Part shown: positions 1-10,791 of the stretch, in pieces
How the letters are laid out: each line of letters starts with the position of its first letter
Position numbering within the stretch: the stretch's first letter is position 1
Origin: Nitrosopumilus sp.
GTDB lineage: Archaea > Thermoproteota > Nitrososphaeria > Nitrososphaerales > Nitrosopumilaceae
DNA length: 64,000 nt
Reading direction: 5' to 3'
NCBI GenBank assembly: GCA_965203315.1
Contig: CBDBCE010000004.1
Coordinates: 192,001-256,000, forward strand
The notes under the pieces: model-generated
What the model saw: only the letters and a program-made list of their open reading frames with translations
The model's database searches: none
Told to the model about the DNA's origin: nothing
Made by a program: the position numbers and the translations under genes

Positions 1-393
1 TATATACAATATGTCATGATACTCCCAGTATCTTCCTTGCTCGCCGGCGCAGTAAGTAGCTTGAGCTGCAGTTGGAGAGTCACGTCCTAGGAATGCCAGA
101 TCCACAAATATGAGATTTGCTTTGCCTGTATCGATATAGTCCCTAGTTATCTGCGGTTTTGTGCTGTGAAACCAGTTGTAACACTGATGGCACTGATAAT
201 CACCAAACTCGATTATAGTGACTGGTGCAGTGGGATTACCCAAGATCGGTGATGCGTGTATGGTCGAGACTGTCCCATGCATCTGTCCAGTTTGTTCACC
301 TTGTGTGTTTGACAAATCTCCTGTATTTGTTACTGTTAATACAATACTGACTATGATGGCAATTACAATTAACCCTATGACTATCTTGTTCAA
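1..393 (-). CDS. DsbA/thioredoxin-fold oxidoreductase with N-terminal membrane anchor (runs off window edge)
   Basis: Manual minus-strand translation from TTG at 393: hydrophobic N-terminus then SPILGNPTAPVTIIEFGDYQCHQCYNWF...DLAFLGRDSPTAAQATYCAGEQGRYWEYHDILY (CxxC DsbA signature). Confidence 0.9.
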   Translation of the reverse strand, partial: MNKIVIGLIVIAIIVSIVLTVTNTGDLSNTQGEQTGQMHGTVSTIHASPILGNPTAPVTIIEFGDYQCHQCYNWFHSTKPQITRDYIDTGKANLIFVDLAFLGRDSPTAAQATYCAGEQGRYWEYHDILYI

Positions 394-468
394 TAATTTA
401 GTATAGTCTATACAATTAAAAAACTTATGCCGAGTTGTACATCGACGATTGAACCACATGTCTGCTGT

Positions 469-834
469 TTAGATATAATGTATACGCATATGCACGTCCA
501 TCTCTACCTTGTATCTGGTCACGAATCCACAATGAGTACATGATATGATCTCTGGTGTGGGAGTAGGTTCACGATATATAGTCTTGCCAGAGATAGATTG
601 TATAATGATCAGTTCACCTTCAGTAACTACCATAAAGTTACGACCTTCGTCTATCGAGTCCAAAAACTCTTTGATGAGTGATATCACTTCATGTACATTG
701 ATTGGTTCATCATCTAATTTTGAGAGTGTGAACTGGTTGTTCTTGAGTGTTGGAATCGCTGCCAAATTGTCTGACACGTAAACTAACAGTTCGTCTCTGA
801 TCGACAAGACATCCTTGCAGTCAACTTGGATCAT
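469..834 (-). CDS. Small protein with C-terminal C2H2-type zinc finger
   Basis: ORF 469..1074; likely start MIQVDCK at 834; ends CTHCGF...VHMRIHYI. Confidence 0.7.
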   Translation of the reverse strand: MIQVDCKDVLSIRDELLVYVSDNLAAIPTLKNNQFTLSKLDDEPINVHEVISLIKEFLDSIDEGRNFMVVTEGELIIIQSISGKTIYREPTPTPEIISCTHCGFVTRYKVEMDVHMRIHYI

Positions 835-1009
835 AGATTCACCACGATTGTTATGCTGTGGTACATTGTATTTTAGTCTAACATGCGATGTGATATCTGG
901 AACGATTTGTTCTATGTTAATAGTACTTGTGCTGATACGTGATGTATTGACATGTATGCACATGAATACTCTACAAAGCGATTTATAGATTATTACGCAA
1001 TATGAATCG

Positions 1010-1396
1010 ATGAAAGACTCTGAGACCTTTGGCGTTGCGGAAGGATGTGGAGATGAGGTTATTGAATGGCTCAATACACAAGCTAGATCACAAAAGACAA
1101 AACTTGAGTTTAGATTGTATGGTTACAAGTTGGTTACAAAAAACTTTGGAACTTTTGAAATGTTTTCGTGGATAGGCGATCCACAAATTGCAAGACGACT
1201 AGTAATTAAAGCAAGCAAACGCTTTCGAGTAAATATCATTGAGGGTGGATACAAACCAAAGGAGAAGATCTTTAAACTAAACAAAGTAGACTACGCCAAA
1301 GTTAAGCGTGGTGATAAGACTATTGGAATACTAGAACTTTATGCACCAAGATTTGGTAACTATCAGTGGAAGGTTAAAGATGAAGAGCGCCACTAG
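1010..1396 (+). CDS. Hypothetical protein (128 aa, basic)
   Basis: Clean ORF with protein-like composition, overlapping the start of the next gene. Confidence 0.7.
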   Translation: MKDSETFGVAEGCGDEVIEWLNTQARSQKTKLEFRLYGYKLVTKNFGTFEMFSWIGDPQIARRLVIKASKRFRVNIIEGGYKPKEKIFKLNKVDYAKVKRGDKTIGILELYAPRFGNYQWKVKDEERH

Positions 1397-2261
1397 ACAT
1401 ACAATTGGTATCGCAGGTACTGGATTGTTGGGTACGGCAGTAGCTCTACATCTTGTAGATTCGGGGTATGATGTTGTCGTGTATAACAGAACACGAGACA
1501 AGACTATAAAAATTGGTGAGATGGGAGCAAGAGTTGTAGACACACCAGCAGAACTGGCTCGCATTTGTGATATAGTTATAATCATTGTAAGTGATGCTAG
1601 TGCAGTCAACGATATCGCGTTTGGTGAATGTGGGCTAATCCATGGAGCCCACAAAGATATGATAATTGCAGATATGAGTACAATTGGACCACTAGACGCA
1701 AGGCAATTCACAAAGAAATTTCATAGATCTGACATAACAAAGATTGATATCCCTGTTATGGGCGGACCAAATGTTGCAATAGATGGCAAACTAACCATGA
1801 TGATATCTGGTAGCAATGTTGCATATCACCAAATTGAAGATGTGTTGAAGGTTATCGCTGATAATCATTTCTTTGTAGGTGATGACGGTAATGCACAGAC
1901 GATAAAGCTTGCAATGAATATGCAGATAACCGCAATTGCACTTGGACTATCTGAAGGGATAGCGCTAACTAGAAGAGACGGTGTTGATCCAAATCTGTTC
2001 CTCAAAGTACTAAACTCGACATACTTTGGAACTGGAATGAGTAAGAGAAAGGCGTACAAGATGATCACTGACTCGCCAGATCCTACATTCACACTTGCAA
2101 ATCTGGGAAAAGATATTCGTATAATGCAAAATACTGCCAACTCGTTAGGGCTTGATCTACCTATGATTCAGCGAGCAGGTGAGATATACTCTGCAGCTAT
2201 CGCTGGCGGATTAGGTGATCTAGACTATACTGGAATTATTAGATATATTGAACAACACTAG
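1380..2261 (+). CDS. NAD(P)-dependent oxidoreductase, 3-hydroxyisobutyrate dehydrogenase/6PGD family
   Basis: GIAGTGLLG Rossmann motif, YNRT, DMSTI, DIPVMGG, KLAMN; ATG at 1380 preferred over 1341. Confidence 0.9.
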   Translation: MKSATRHTIGIAGTGLLGTAVALHLVDSGYDVVVYNRTRDKTIKIGEMGARVVDTPAELARICDIVIIIVSDASAVNDIAFGECGLIHGAHKDMIIADMSTIGPLDARQFTKKFHRSDITKIDIPVMGGPNVAIDGKLTMMISGSNVAYHQIEDVLKVIADNHFFVGDDGNAQTIKLAMNMQITAIALGLSEGIALTRRDGVDPNLFLKVLNSTYFGTGMSKRKAYKMITDSPDPTFTLANLGKDIRIMQNTANSLGLDLPMIQRAGEIYSAAIAGGLGDLDYTGIIRYIEQH

Positions 2262-2362
2262 TGACATTTTGTAAATTCACGATAACTCAGACCAGTGACC
2301 AACATTGCAATACATGTTACTATTGACCACAATGCAATAGAAGACATGGTCGATTCATCCAT
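2258..2362 (-). CDS. Putative 34-aa single-pass membrane microprotein
   Basis: MDESTMSSIALWSIVTCIAMLVTGLSYREFTKCH*; below ORF-track cutoff; its stop overlaps the convergent gene's stop in a CTAG. Confidence 0.45.
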   Translation of the reverse strand: MDESTMSSIALWSIVTCIAMLVTGLSYREFTKCH

Positions 2363-2525
2363 GTGTGTGATTGATGTGGGATTAATCTAAATTTTTGGGT
2401 CGCTAGTATTTGTCCTCAAATGCAGATCGTCAGAAAGGTCAGTTCCGTCAAGTTGATGGGAGTTGAGATAAGACGATGCTATCTTTATCTACGATGCGAC
2501 TCTGTAATTTACACTAGATAACACA

Positions 2526-4059
2526 GGAGTTCATGCGAAAGTCATTTTCAGGCACATATGATGCGTGATGGGTCAAATCTGACTAAATTCTCCGAGTTAT
2601 TGCGGGTTTCGTGTATGTGAGGAGGAGTAAAAAATTAACCAAAAATAGAATACGCAACAAGACCATTTTTTAAGACACTCTATGGTAAATACCAATTTGA
2701 ATAAACAAGAGTATGGCTAATTCGAGCGAGGAACTGGTGCTTGAACAACGACTCAAAGCAGCAGAAGAGCGTGCAGATATAGCAGAAGAACAGCTCAAAG
2801 CAGCAAAAAAAGAACTCGAGCTCCCTCCATGTAAGAATATCCTTAGCAATGAAAAGACTCTATGGGAGCATACAAAGCTGGATTTTGACATGTTTAACTT
2901 TTTGCTCGGCCTGTTTATAGAATGGATACCGGCAGCAGATGTTCACAGACAGTTTCGTAATGTTCTCATAGTGCGTGGAAGAATATCCAAACTAACTCCC
3001 GAGTATGCCATGCTCTTGGCAATTCTGAGACTGGTAAGTGGTCACAGTCAGTGCCATCTTGCCAGTAGATTTGGCATAGATCAGAGTAATGTGTCCCGGT
3101 ACTGTACATACATGAATCAGTTTTTTCAAAGTTTGGGTTTTTCGCCAGACGAGTTGGCAAATGCGATAAGTAAATGCAAGACAAAGAAAGAGCTTGCAAA
3201 ATGGGTAAAGGATCATACATTCTTGTTCGATGGATCACACACTCGTGTTCCGACGCCCGTAGATAGCGAGATACGCAATGACTACAAATCAGGCAAAAAA
3301 AAGATGCATACGGTAAATACGCTATTGATGTGTACAAAAGAGAGACTGATAGTACATGTGTCTCCTACGTTTCCTGGTAAGACACACGATTTCAGCATAT
3401 TCAAAGAGCTCAAACTGAATCTTGGCAAGTGGTCCATGTCGTTAACAGATCCAAACACTCCACTTCGCCAAAGACTGTACATTCTAGTAGATCTAGGATT
3501 CCTAGGGATTCGAGATATCTTTGTAGGTGCCAAGATAGGCATAAAATACAAGAAACCCAAAGGTGGGCAACTCACAAAAGAACAAGAGATATACAACAAA
3601 AAGATAGACAGTGAACGCGCCACAGTAGAACACGTAGTTGGATGTGTAAAGCAGTTTAAACTCTTGTTCAACATGTTCCGAGGAGATGACGACCAATACA
3701 ACGATGCCTTCAAGATGGCATCTACACTGGTCAACTATCACGTTCTTTGGGATCATGAACACGGCAGACCTAGTCCTAGATTAGAAGAGCTTGTTGCAGC
3801 ATGGAGAGTAAAGATAAACCGTAAAAAACAGGCTAAACTAAAAAAGATGAAATTATCTCACCGCATAGTTGCGTAAATAATACGCACCAACATTGTGATT
3901 TATAGAATGATATTGTAAGATATCAAGGTACGATTCATTGTTTTACTCACTGCGTACATGTACAATTCTACAGATCACAAGCCTGAGATCACTTTATAAT
4001 TTGGAATGTCTTTGTTGCTAGGTGTCCAGAGTCTTCAAAACGACTTTCGCATGAACTCC
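2526..4059 (+). mobile_element. IS5-superfamily (ISL2/PIF-Harbinger-like) insertion sequence
   Basis: TIRs GGAGTTCATGCGAAAGTCATTTTCA / rc GGAGTTCATGCGAAAGTCGTTTTGA; 3-bp TSD ACA (2523-2525, 4060-4062). Confidence 0.9.
2713..3876 (+). CDS. DDE transposase (DDE_Tnp_4/HARBI1-like) with HTH
   Basis: LASRFGIDQSNVSR HTH, FDGSH, YKSGKKK.H, PGKTHD, DLGFLG, RATVEH. Confidence 0.9.
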   Translation: MANSSEELVLEQRLKAAEERADIAEEQLKAAKKELELPPCKNILSNEKTLWEHTKLDFDMFNFLLGLFIEWIPAADVHRQFRNVLIVRGRISKLTPEYAMLLAILRLVSGHSQCHLASRFGIDQSNVSRYCTYMNQFFQSLGFSPDELANAISKCKTKKELAKWVKDHTFLFDGSHTRVPTPVDSEIRNDYKSGKKKMHTVNTLLMCTKERLIVHVSPTFPGKTHDFSIFKELKLNLGKWSMSLTDPNTPLRQRLYILVDLGFLGIRDIFVGAKIGIKYKKPKGGQLTKEQEIYNKKIDSERATVEHVVGCVKQFKLLFNMFRGDDDQYNDAFKMASTLVNYHVLWDHEHGRPSPRLEELVAAWRVKINRKKQAKLKKMKLSHRIVA

Positions 4060-4295
4060 ACAATGTGGGATATGAAAAGTAACATGTACATTTAACACGA
4101 CATTCATCTACTTACCACTCATCAATATCTACTCATTTTGAAGGTTGTTTCTTGACAAATACAACTGTTGGTCTATCCTCTTTTAGAGACATGTGTGATC
4201 GGTAATGGTTGTATCTTGCATGAATAACAGAACTGCTGTATTTTGCATATGTTCACATTCTACATGTGTACTGGCATGTAGATACACAAGATAGA

Positions 4296-4323
4296 TTTAT
4301 AACTTGCTGGGGGGGGGGGGGGG
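4296..4323 (+). promoter_or_regulatory. TATA box followed by a G15 homopolymer upstream of the giant surface-protein gene
   Basis: TTTATAA at 4296-4302; 15 G at 4309-4323; TTG start at 4330. Confidence 0.6.
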
Positions 4324-7300
4324 TGCATATTGCTCAAGAGCCATTTGACCCTTCTGCTAGTCTTGATAGCAGTTGTACCGTTTTTGATAGTCTATGCGCC
4401 TGATGCATATGCCGCACCTATAACCATTCCTGAGCCCACTGGTTATCCTACTACATTTGGGGATGGCTTTACCTCTCTAATATATGATAATCGTAGTGCG
4501 GATATATCTTTACATTTAGATCCACGCCTCCTTGTTCCAGCGAACAATGCTGACAAGGGAGAGCTCTATACACAAAGAAACACAAAGATACTACCTCATC
4601 CAGAACTTGTACCTGGTCAATGGCTTACTTTTGTATTCGATCATCTGACCAACAATCCTGCTAGTATTACAAAGCCTAGTAATGTAGTTGGTGATCATAA
4701 TATTCTGATAATTCATAGTAGTGGTAGCTTTCCTCCAGGACGTACCTACTCTCATGTTCTTAGTGGCAACACTGGAACTGCACCTCTATTAATCGATAAA
4801 GAGGTGCGAGTCTCGATCAACAGTACGGCGATCTCTTCTCCCAAACCCTTCTTCTTTTCTACTTTTGAGAATATAACTCAGGGACATCCAATACCTGAAT
4901 GTAGTGCTACCAACTTTGACAGCTCTACTCAAACTCTAAAAGGTAATTACAAGATGTGTTATGGTATTTTAAATGACTATATCGTTATAATCACAAAACG
5001 ACTTGGACATTTTGGCGTAACGACCACACTGAATGCGCCTAGTACTCCTATAGATATACACGCTCGTACACTATCAATACCCAAGCCTGACAACCTCGAG
5101 ATATCTACTAACCATACTCTAAGAACCAATACCGTTGATCAAAGTACCAATCAGACTTCATTTGTTGTCCGAGATACCAACAACGAATTTGTTCGATCCC
5201 CTGTGGCATTCAAGAACAAACCCAATGGTCAAGTGGGCGATGTATACATACCAATCTTTACGCGTACAGTAGCAAATCCAATATTTGATGCCTCTCCACC
5301 ATTCTCTTATCAGAATACTGACTGTAATGTAGATGTCTGGTCTATAACGGAACTGGCCAAGACCAATAACGTTCCATCGTTTACTATACCAAACAACATA
5401 AACCCAACTAATCCAAACAATATAGTCGGACTGGCACTCGACTTTGCTAATGTTACTAGTAGTTGTGCTGTAGATATGGACGCCAAATCACCAAATCCTC
5501 TATTAACCGAGAAAGAGATGAGATTTACAATATACAATACAATCAACCAACCTTACTATTTCTCGCCTCGTGACAGTACGACTAGTGCCGTACAAGTACC
5601 TGCTTGTACTACTGATACAATACATCTGAACAATCAGACTCTCAAAGGCACTACAAAGATGTGTTATGGTACGAACGGTGACGATATCGTAATAATAACA
5701 AAGAGGATTGCATTTTATGCAATCGCGGGTGCTGGTACACCAGATCCATCTGAGCCGGTCTCGGTCGAACTCTATATCCATAGCGACGGTTCGGCACGTT
5801 TCAATCTTGGTAATAATGACAACCACACACTGAATGCTTATCATCAGTCTCACGGCAGTATCCTACTATACAACGACACAAGCATATCTCATCCTATATT
5901 TGCAGCATCAGGAGACTGTACAGTTGGAACTAGCATCACTGTTCAAGGATATAGTATTGGCCAAAAGAGCTCTACTAGCGATCCAGTTCTTGATGTATCA
6001 CTACCGACAAATGTAGAGTCCGGTGCAAAGACGATAGGACTCGACTTTGGGTTACATGCTGCAAACTCTACTCGTGTAGAGACTGATGCTGAACAGTGTT
6101 TGATAGATCGTCTCATCACTCCAAACTATACCAATGCACCACTCATCACAAACAATGATATGATAATCACACTAGATGGTCAGGCCGACCAAAAAGCATT
6201 CTTTATCTCAAACTTTCAAAACATAACTCTTGCTCAACCGATCGCAGCATGTACCGCCACAAACTTTGACAACTCTACCAAACAACTCAAAGGCCAAGCT
6301 CTAATGTGTCATATCAGCTATGGTGGAGATCTGATCATTGCAACAAAGCAGATAGGATTCTATGGTGCAACGAGTGGATTTACAAAACTAGACGGTGTCT
6401 TGTCGTTACAGAAACCTCCTGGTCCACACAGAGATCATTCTCTGTGGATTAGTCAGGATAGTAGTGCAAGTACTATAACCTTTGGCAGCAATAAAAGATA
6501 TCAGATAGATTTTGGCGGTGGGCCCACATTAGCACATGTCAACAAGCCTATTGGTGATATCTATATCTCTACAGGTACAAAAATCAAGAATGACTTTTTT
6601 AGTCCAGGTAATAGCCGTGGTAGTTGTTTCTTTGGCACATACTCTATCTATTATACAAGTACTCAAGGTGGTCCAGGTTTACCCTCTAATGTATTTCCTA
6701 CAGTTACAGCAGGTAATCCATCTGGACTAACCTATCGGGGAGTATCCAACTGCGCAAACTGGAGTCCTCCGACACCACTGATAGCCGACAAAGAGATGCA
6801 GATATCACTATACAACAAGATGGCCCAGAAAGCGTGGTTCTCTGCACCTCGTGAGGGTATACACGAAGCACAACCGATCCCAGCATGTACCACAGACATG
6901 ATATATCCAAACAACAATACCCTCAAAGACGGTACGACGATGTGCTATGGGGTAAATGGTACAGACATGATAATAGTGACCAAGAGATTCCAAGGATCTC
7001 ATGGATCTGCCAACGTCATAAATCCACCACAGACACCAGTCGATCTCAATCCACCCCCGCCGCCAGATCCAGGCAGTTCATCCACAACATCACTAGTTCC
7101 ACCACAAAACTTTGCAAGTCTGTCGCCCCAGTTTACGGCATTTGGGATCATCCCACGTGGCGCAAGCATAGGTGGCGATATCAACGTGAACACTGATACT
7201 CGATTTGGTCCACCAAACAGCAAAGGTGACGTGGTAATACAGGCCAATACAAAGGTAAAGCCTGCTGCTCTATTTGACACTGACATCGGAAGACCTTGCA

Positions 7301-8585
7301 TCAGCGTCAACTTTAGAGATCCCGCAATCTTGGTGACCCCTCCTACTGTTCTACGAGGTGCAGATGCAATGGGATTTGACTTGTCAACATCTACTGGTCT
7401 GACTCCTGTATGTACGATAGACCCTACAACATTCAACGGAACTCTATTAACAGACAAAGAGCTGCGCATAACGCTATATCCAAACGCAACCACCGATACA
7501 ATAGCGCCGCACTTTTTCTCACAAGAACAAGGAAATTCAGCTACTAAGCCGATACCTCTGTGTACTAGTACAAACATGCACGCCAACCAGACTCTGATAG
7601 GCGACACAGAGATGTGCTATGGCACACACGACAACAACACCATAATCATATCAAAGCGCATTGGCATATACAGTGCAAATGCACCAACAGGAACTATTGT
7701 TCCAGATCCTGTATCTACACCTGTAAATACGGTCAACGGTACAATATCGTTCACAGTATCAGGCGCATGGACACCAGGTGAGCAAGCTACAGTATCAATA
7801 TCTGATGCAGATCAAAACACCAACAGTGCAGCAGACGACGATCAAACTATATCGAATGCAAAATCTAGAATTCCAACACTGATAACAGGTGATCCACATA
7901 CGCTAAAAGATGGCGATACAGATCAAATATACGCATATACGGGACGAGGCAGCACATGGATATCATTCCTTCAAGATCCCAGTCAATCTTACATACATCG
8001 ATTAAACTATAAAACAGATGACAGTCATCGTGGTATAATATCGTGGACTGGTGGTGATCTATCAAACAACGCAGAGACTCTATCACTTGGAGGTGCTGGA
8101 GTAGGACCAATGCTTGCGATACCTCTGGGTACGCTAGGTGATCTCCGTGATTCCATAAACGACGACGACCTCAACGGTACAGGCAACTTTACAGGACGAA
8201 ACCTGATAAACTATGACTTTGGTTCACTGACCCCAAACATCCGAAAGAGTCAGCTTACCATAGTGAATAGTGCTGGAACTTATTTGTACAGTGGCGTATT
8301 TGCAAGTGATGATACGAGATTCCCAAACCATAATGCTAAATCTGACATACTAGATATTACCGGTTTTACAGTTGCACATCAGACTGGTACCGACTATGTA
8401 CTGACAGGCCCTGATCTATTATCTCAAACTAATGTAAACGACAACAGTCAAGTTTTATGGATAATAGAGTTCAGCGAGAGTCTAGTGCTTACAGAAGGTA
8501 TAGAATATCCAATCGTACTGGACTTTATCTCGTACGGATTCTATGGTGATGGTGACAGTACAGATGAGCGTATAGCAAACCAGAT

Positions 8586-9492
8586 GGCGATTGCTCATTT
8601 CGAGCCCCTAAGCATGTATTGTACCAATAAATCAAACAGATCGCATTCTCGGTTATTGTATCGCCACTCCATCTCCTTGAGATACAGTAAGAATTTCTTT
8701 GAACTCACACCTCGATACTTTGCCAAGTTCAATTTAGCAAAGCCCCAGAACCCTTCCATTCCATTGATGTGAACATCGCCTTTTGCGAAGCTCTTTTGAT
8801 GATTAACTGATTCTCGATCATATCCATGAAAGATCAAGGTGTCATACCCTTTCCACTTGTCCGTGTATATCATGCTGCCCTTCTTTACTTTCTTGATCGT
8901 TGATTCAAGCAGAGTTTTAGCTGTGACGTCTGGTACAATGTCAACACGTACCTTGCCACCTCTCTGCAATATGCCAAAAACGATAGTCTTATTTCCGGCG
9001 CCGCGGCCTCGTTTTCCTTTACGTTTACCCCCAAAATACGACTCATCTGCTTCGATTTTGCCCTTTAATGTTCGATATTCGTCATTTAGTTGCATTAGAA
9101 TCACGCTCCTGAAAATATCAAAAGCTTTGAGTGCCGTATTGTAAGACAATCTTGCTTGTTTTGCAGCAACTCTTGCAGATACAGCTAGTTCAAACAATTT
9201 GACAAGTACCAGCCATTTTGAATATGAGATTTTGAGTGACGAAAATCTGGATTTGTTAAACGGTCTGAAATCTTTTTTGCATAATTTACAACGTAACCGA
9301 TCTCTGTTTTTCATGTAATGGTATTGATCGCACTGACAAAATTTACAAACGATCTTGTCTGAACTATGAGATTCCAAATATTTCATTATTGCATACCCAT
9401 CATTTCTCATCTCAAGAAGAGATATCAAATCCATCAAGACTTGCGTCTAAATTTAGTCATATTTAGTTAGGGGCTCGAAATGAGCAATCGCC
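8586..9492 (-). mobile_element. IS1595-family insertion sequence
   Basis: Perfect 26-bp TIR GGCGATTGCTCATTTCGAGCCCCTAA; 7-bp flanking duplication ACCAGAT. Confidence 0.95.
8595..9437 (-). CDS. IS1595-family transposase
   Basis: Zn ribbon CKFC/CKLC, EADESYFGG, RGRGA.NK, YTDKWKGY, VHINGMEGFW, YLKEMEWRYN. Confidence 0.95.
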   Translation of the reverse strand: MMDLISLLEMRNDGYAIMKYLESHSSDKIVCKFCQCDQYHYMKNRDRLRCKLCKKDFRPFNKSRFSSLKISYSKWLVLVKLFELAVSARVAAKQARLSYNTALKAFDIFRSVILMQLNDEYRTLKGKIEADESYFGGKRKGKRGRGAGNKTIVFGILQRGGKVRVDIVPDVTAKTLLESTIKKVKKGSMIYTDKWKGYDTLIFHGYDRESVNHQKSFAKGDVHINGMEGFWGFAKLNLAKYRGVSSKKFLLYLKEMEWRYNNRECDLFDLLVQYMLRGSK

Positions 9493-9559
9493 ACCAGATA
9501 ATACGTATAGCAGCAGAAGAGACTGGTGTAAACACTGGTACATTTACAGGTACGATATC

Positions 9560-10791
9560 CAGTGATCCCAAATGTGCTCAGATTGGGCTGAGATGGGAGT
9601 CGATCGAAACATTTAGATCGGGCAAGTTTTTGGATACTCTTTATGGTTCAAAAAACCAGGATGCAACGTGATGTGCGCTCAAAAAGAACAACATACAATG
9701 CCATCATCATGTGGCTGTTCTCTCTCGAAATATCGGTATCAAATCGATACAACAGATTGTACGACGAGTACAATGTCTTTTACGTGATGATGGTGACCAT
9801 GATAAATGGTGCAACGATTACAAGCTGTGCAATATCTGTAAGACAGATATTCGAACTATCGCCAACAAGTGAATGGTTTAGAGTATTATTTGCAAAAATG
9901 TCTAAACTTAATTTCCAAAGACAATTCAAAACTATTGTCAAACAACAGATCAAATCTTTACAGGATGCAGATATTTGGCCAGATGTAGTCAACATTGCAA
10001 TAGACAAACACAAAATCATGCGATACGACAAACAAAATAAAAAACTGAAACGCTGCAAACCAGAAAAGGGAACAGACAAGGTAGAGACCTACATGACTGC
10101 CCAAGTTGCTCATCCAATAGCAAAACTAAATCTGGCAGGTATTCTCATGTCTGCAGCTGATAATAACGTAGTTTCTATAGGTAAAATCATCGATATCTGT
10201 GCGTCATACAAGTTCAAGATCGGTGTATTCTTGTTTGATCGTGAATTTTATGCTGCAGAGATATTTGCTAAATTTCAAAACACTGCATACAAGTTTCTTA
10301 CCCCATGTAAAAACACCGCATATGTTAAACACTGCATACAAGAGTACCAGCAAGGACTACGTGGTAGAATATCACAAGCGAAAATCACCAACGGAAAAGG
10401 ATTGACCGTACCATTTACCATGATAATAACCAAGAACAGAAAAGGAAAGTTGATGGCATATGCAACAAATGATCCCAGCATCGACGTATCGATATATGCA
10501 AGTCGATGGATCATAGAATCTGGATATCGTGATCTAGAACAGATGAGATTAAAGATGCAGAGTAAAAGCGAATCTGTAAGATTTATGTTGTTTTTGTTTA
10601 GTATGTTATTTTACAACGCATGGATCCTAGCACGACACATGCCATCTGAAACAAAAGGATTCTCAGAGATGGGCAAGAAAGTCACCAAAGTATACTTTAA
10701 GACATTTTTACAGCTGCGTTTTCGAGAGCTAATGGCTTGTTGGCCACCACCCACGAAATGAGTCTAAGAGGCAGCACATTTGGGATGACTG
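9560..10791 (+). mobile_element. ISH3-family insertion sequence
   Basis: TIR CAGTGATCCCAAATGTGCT / rc CAGTCATCCCAAATGTGCT; 5-bp TSD ATATC. Confidence 0.9.
9643..10761 (+). CDS. ISH3-family transposase
   Basis: IAIDKH, LFDREFY, YASRWIIESGYR, LFYNAWIL. Confidence 0.9.
   Translation: MVQKTRMQRDVRSKRTTYNAIIMWLFSLEISVSNRYNRLYDEYNVFYVMMVTMINGATITSCAISVRQIFELSPTSEWFRVLFAKMSKLNFQRQFKTIVKQQIKSLQDADIWPDVVNIAIDKHKIMRYDKQNKKLKRCKPEKGTDKVETYMTAQVAHPIAKLNLAGILMSAADNNVVSIGKIIDICASYKFKIGVFLFDREFYAAEIFAKFQNTAYKFLTPCKNTAYVKHCIQEYQQGLRGRISQAKITNGKGLTVPFTMIITKNRKGKLMAYATNDPSIDVSIYASRWIIESGYRDLEQMRLKMQSKSESVRFMLFLFSMLFYNAWILARHMPSETKGFSEMGKKVTKVYFKTFLQLRFRELMACWPPPTK

Noticed and set aside
6999-7607. Long antisense ORFs within large genes (also 11142-11630, 3282-3734 and others)
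   Set aside because: Shadow frames of well-supported opposite-strand genes
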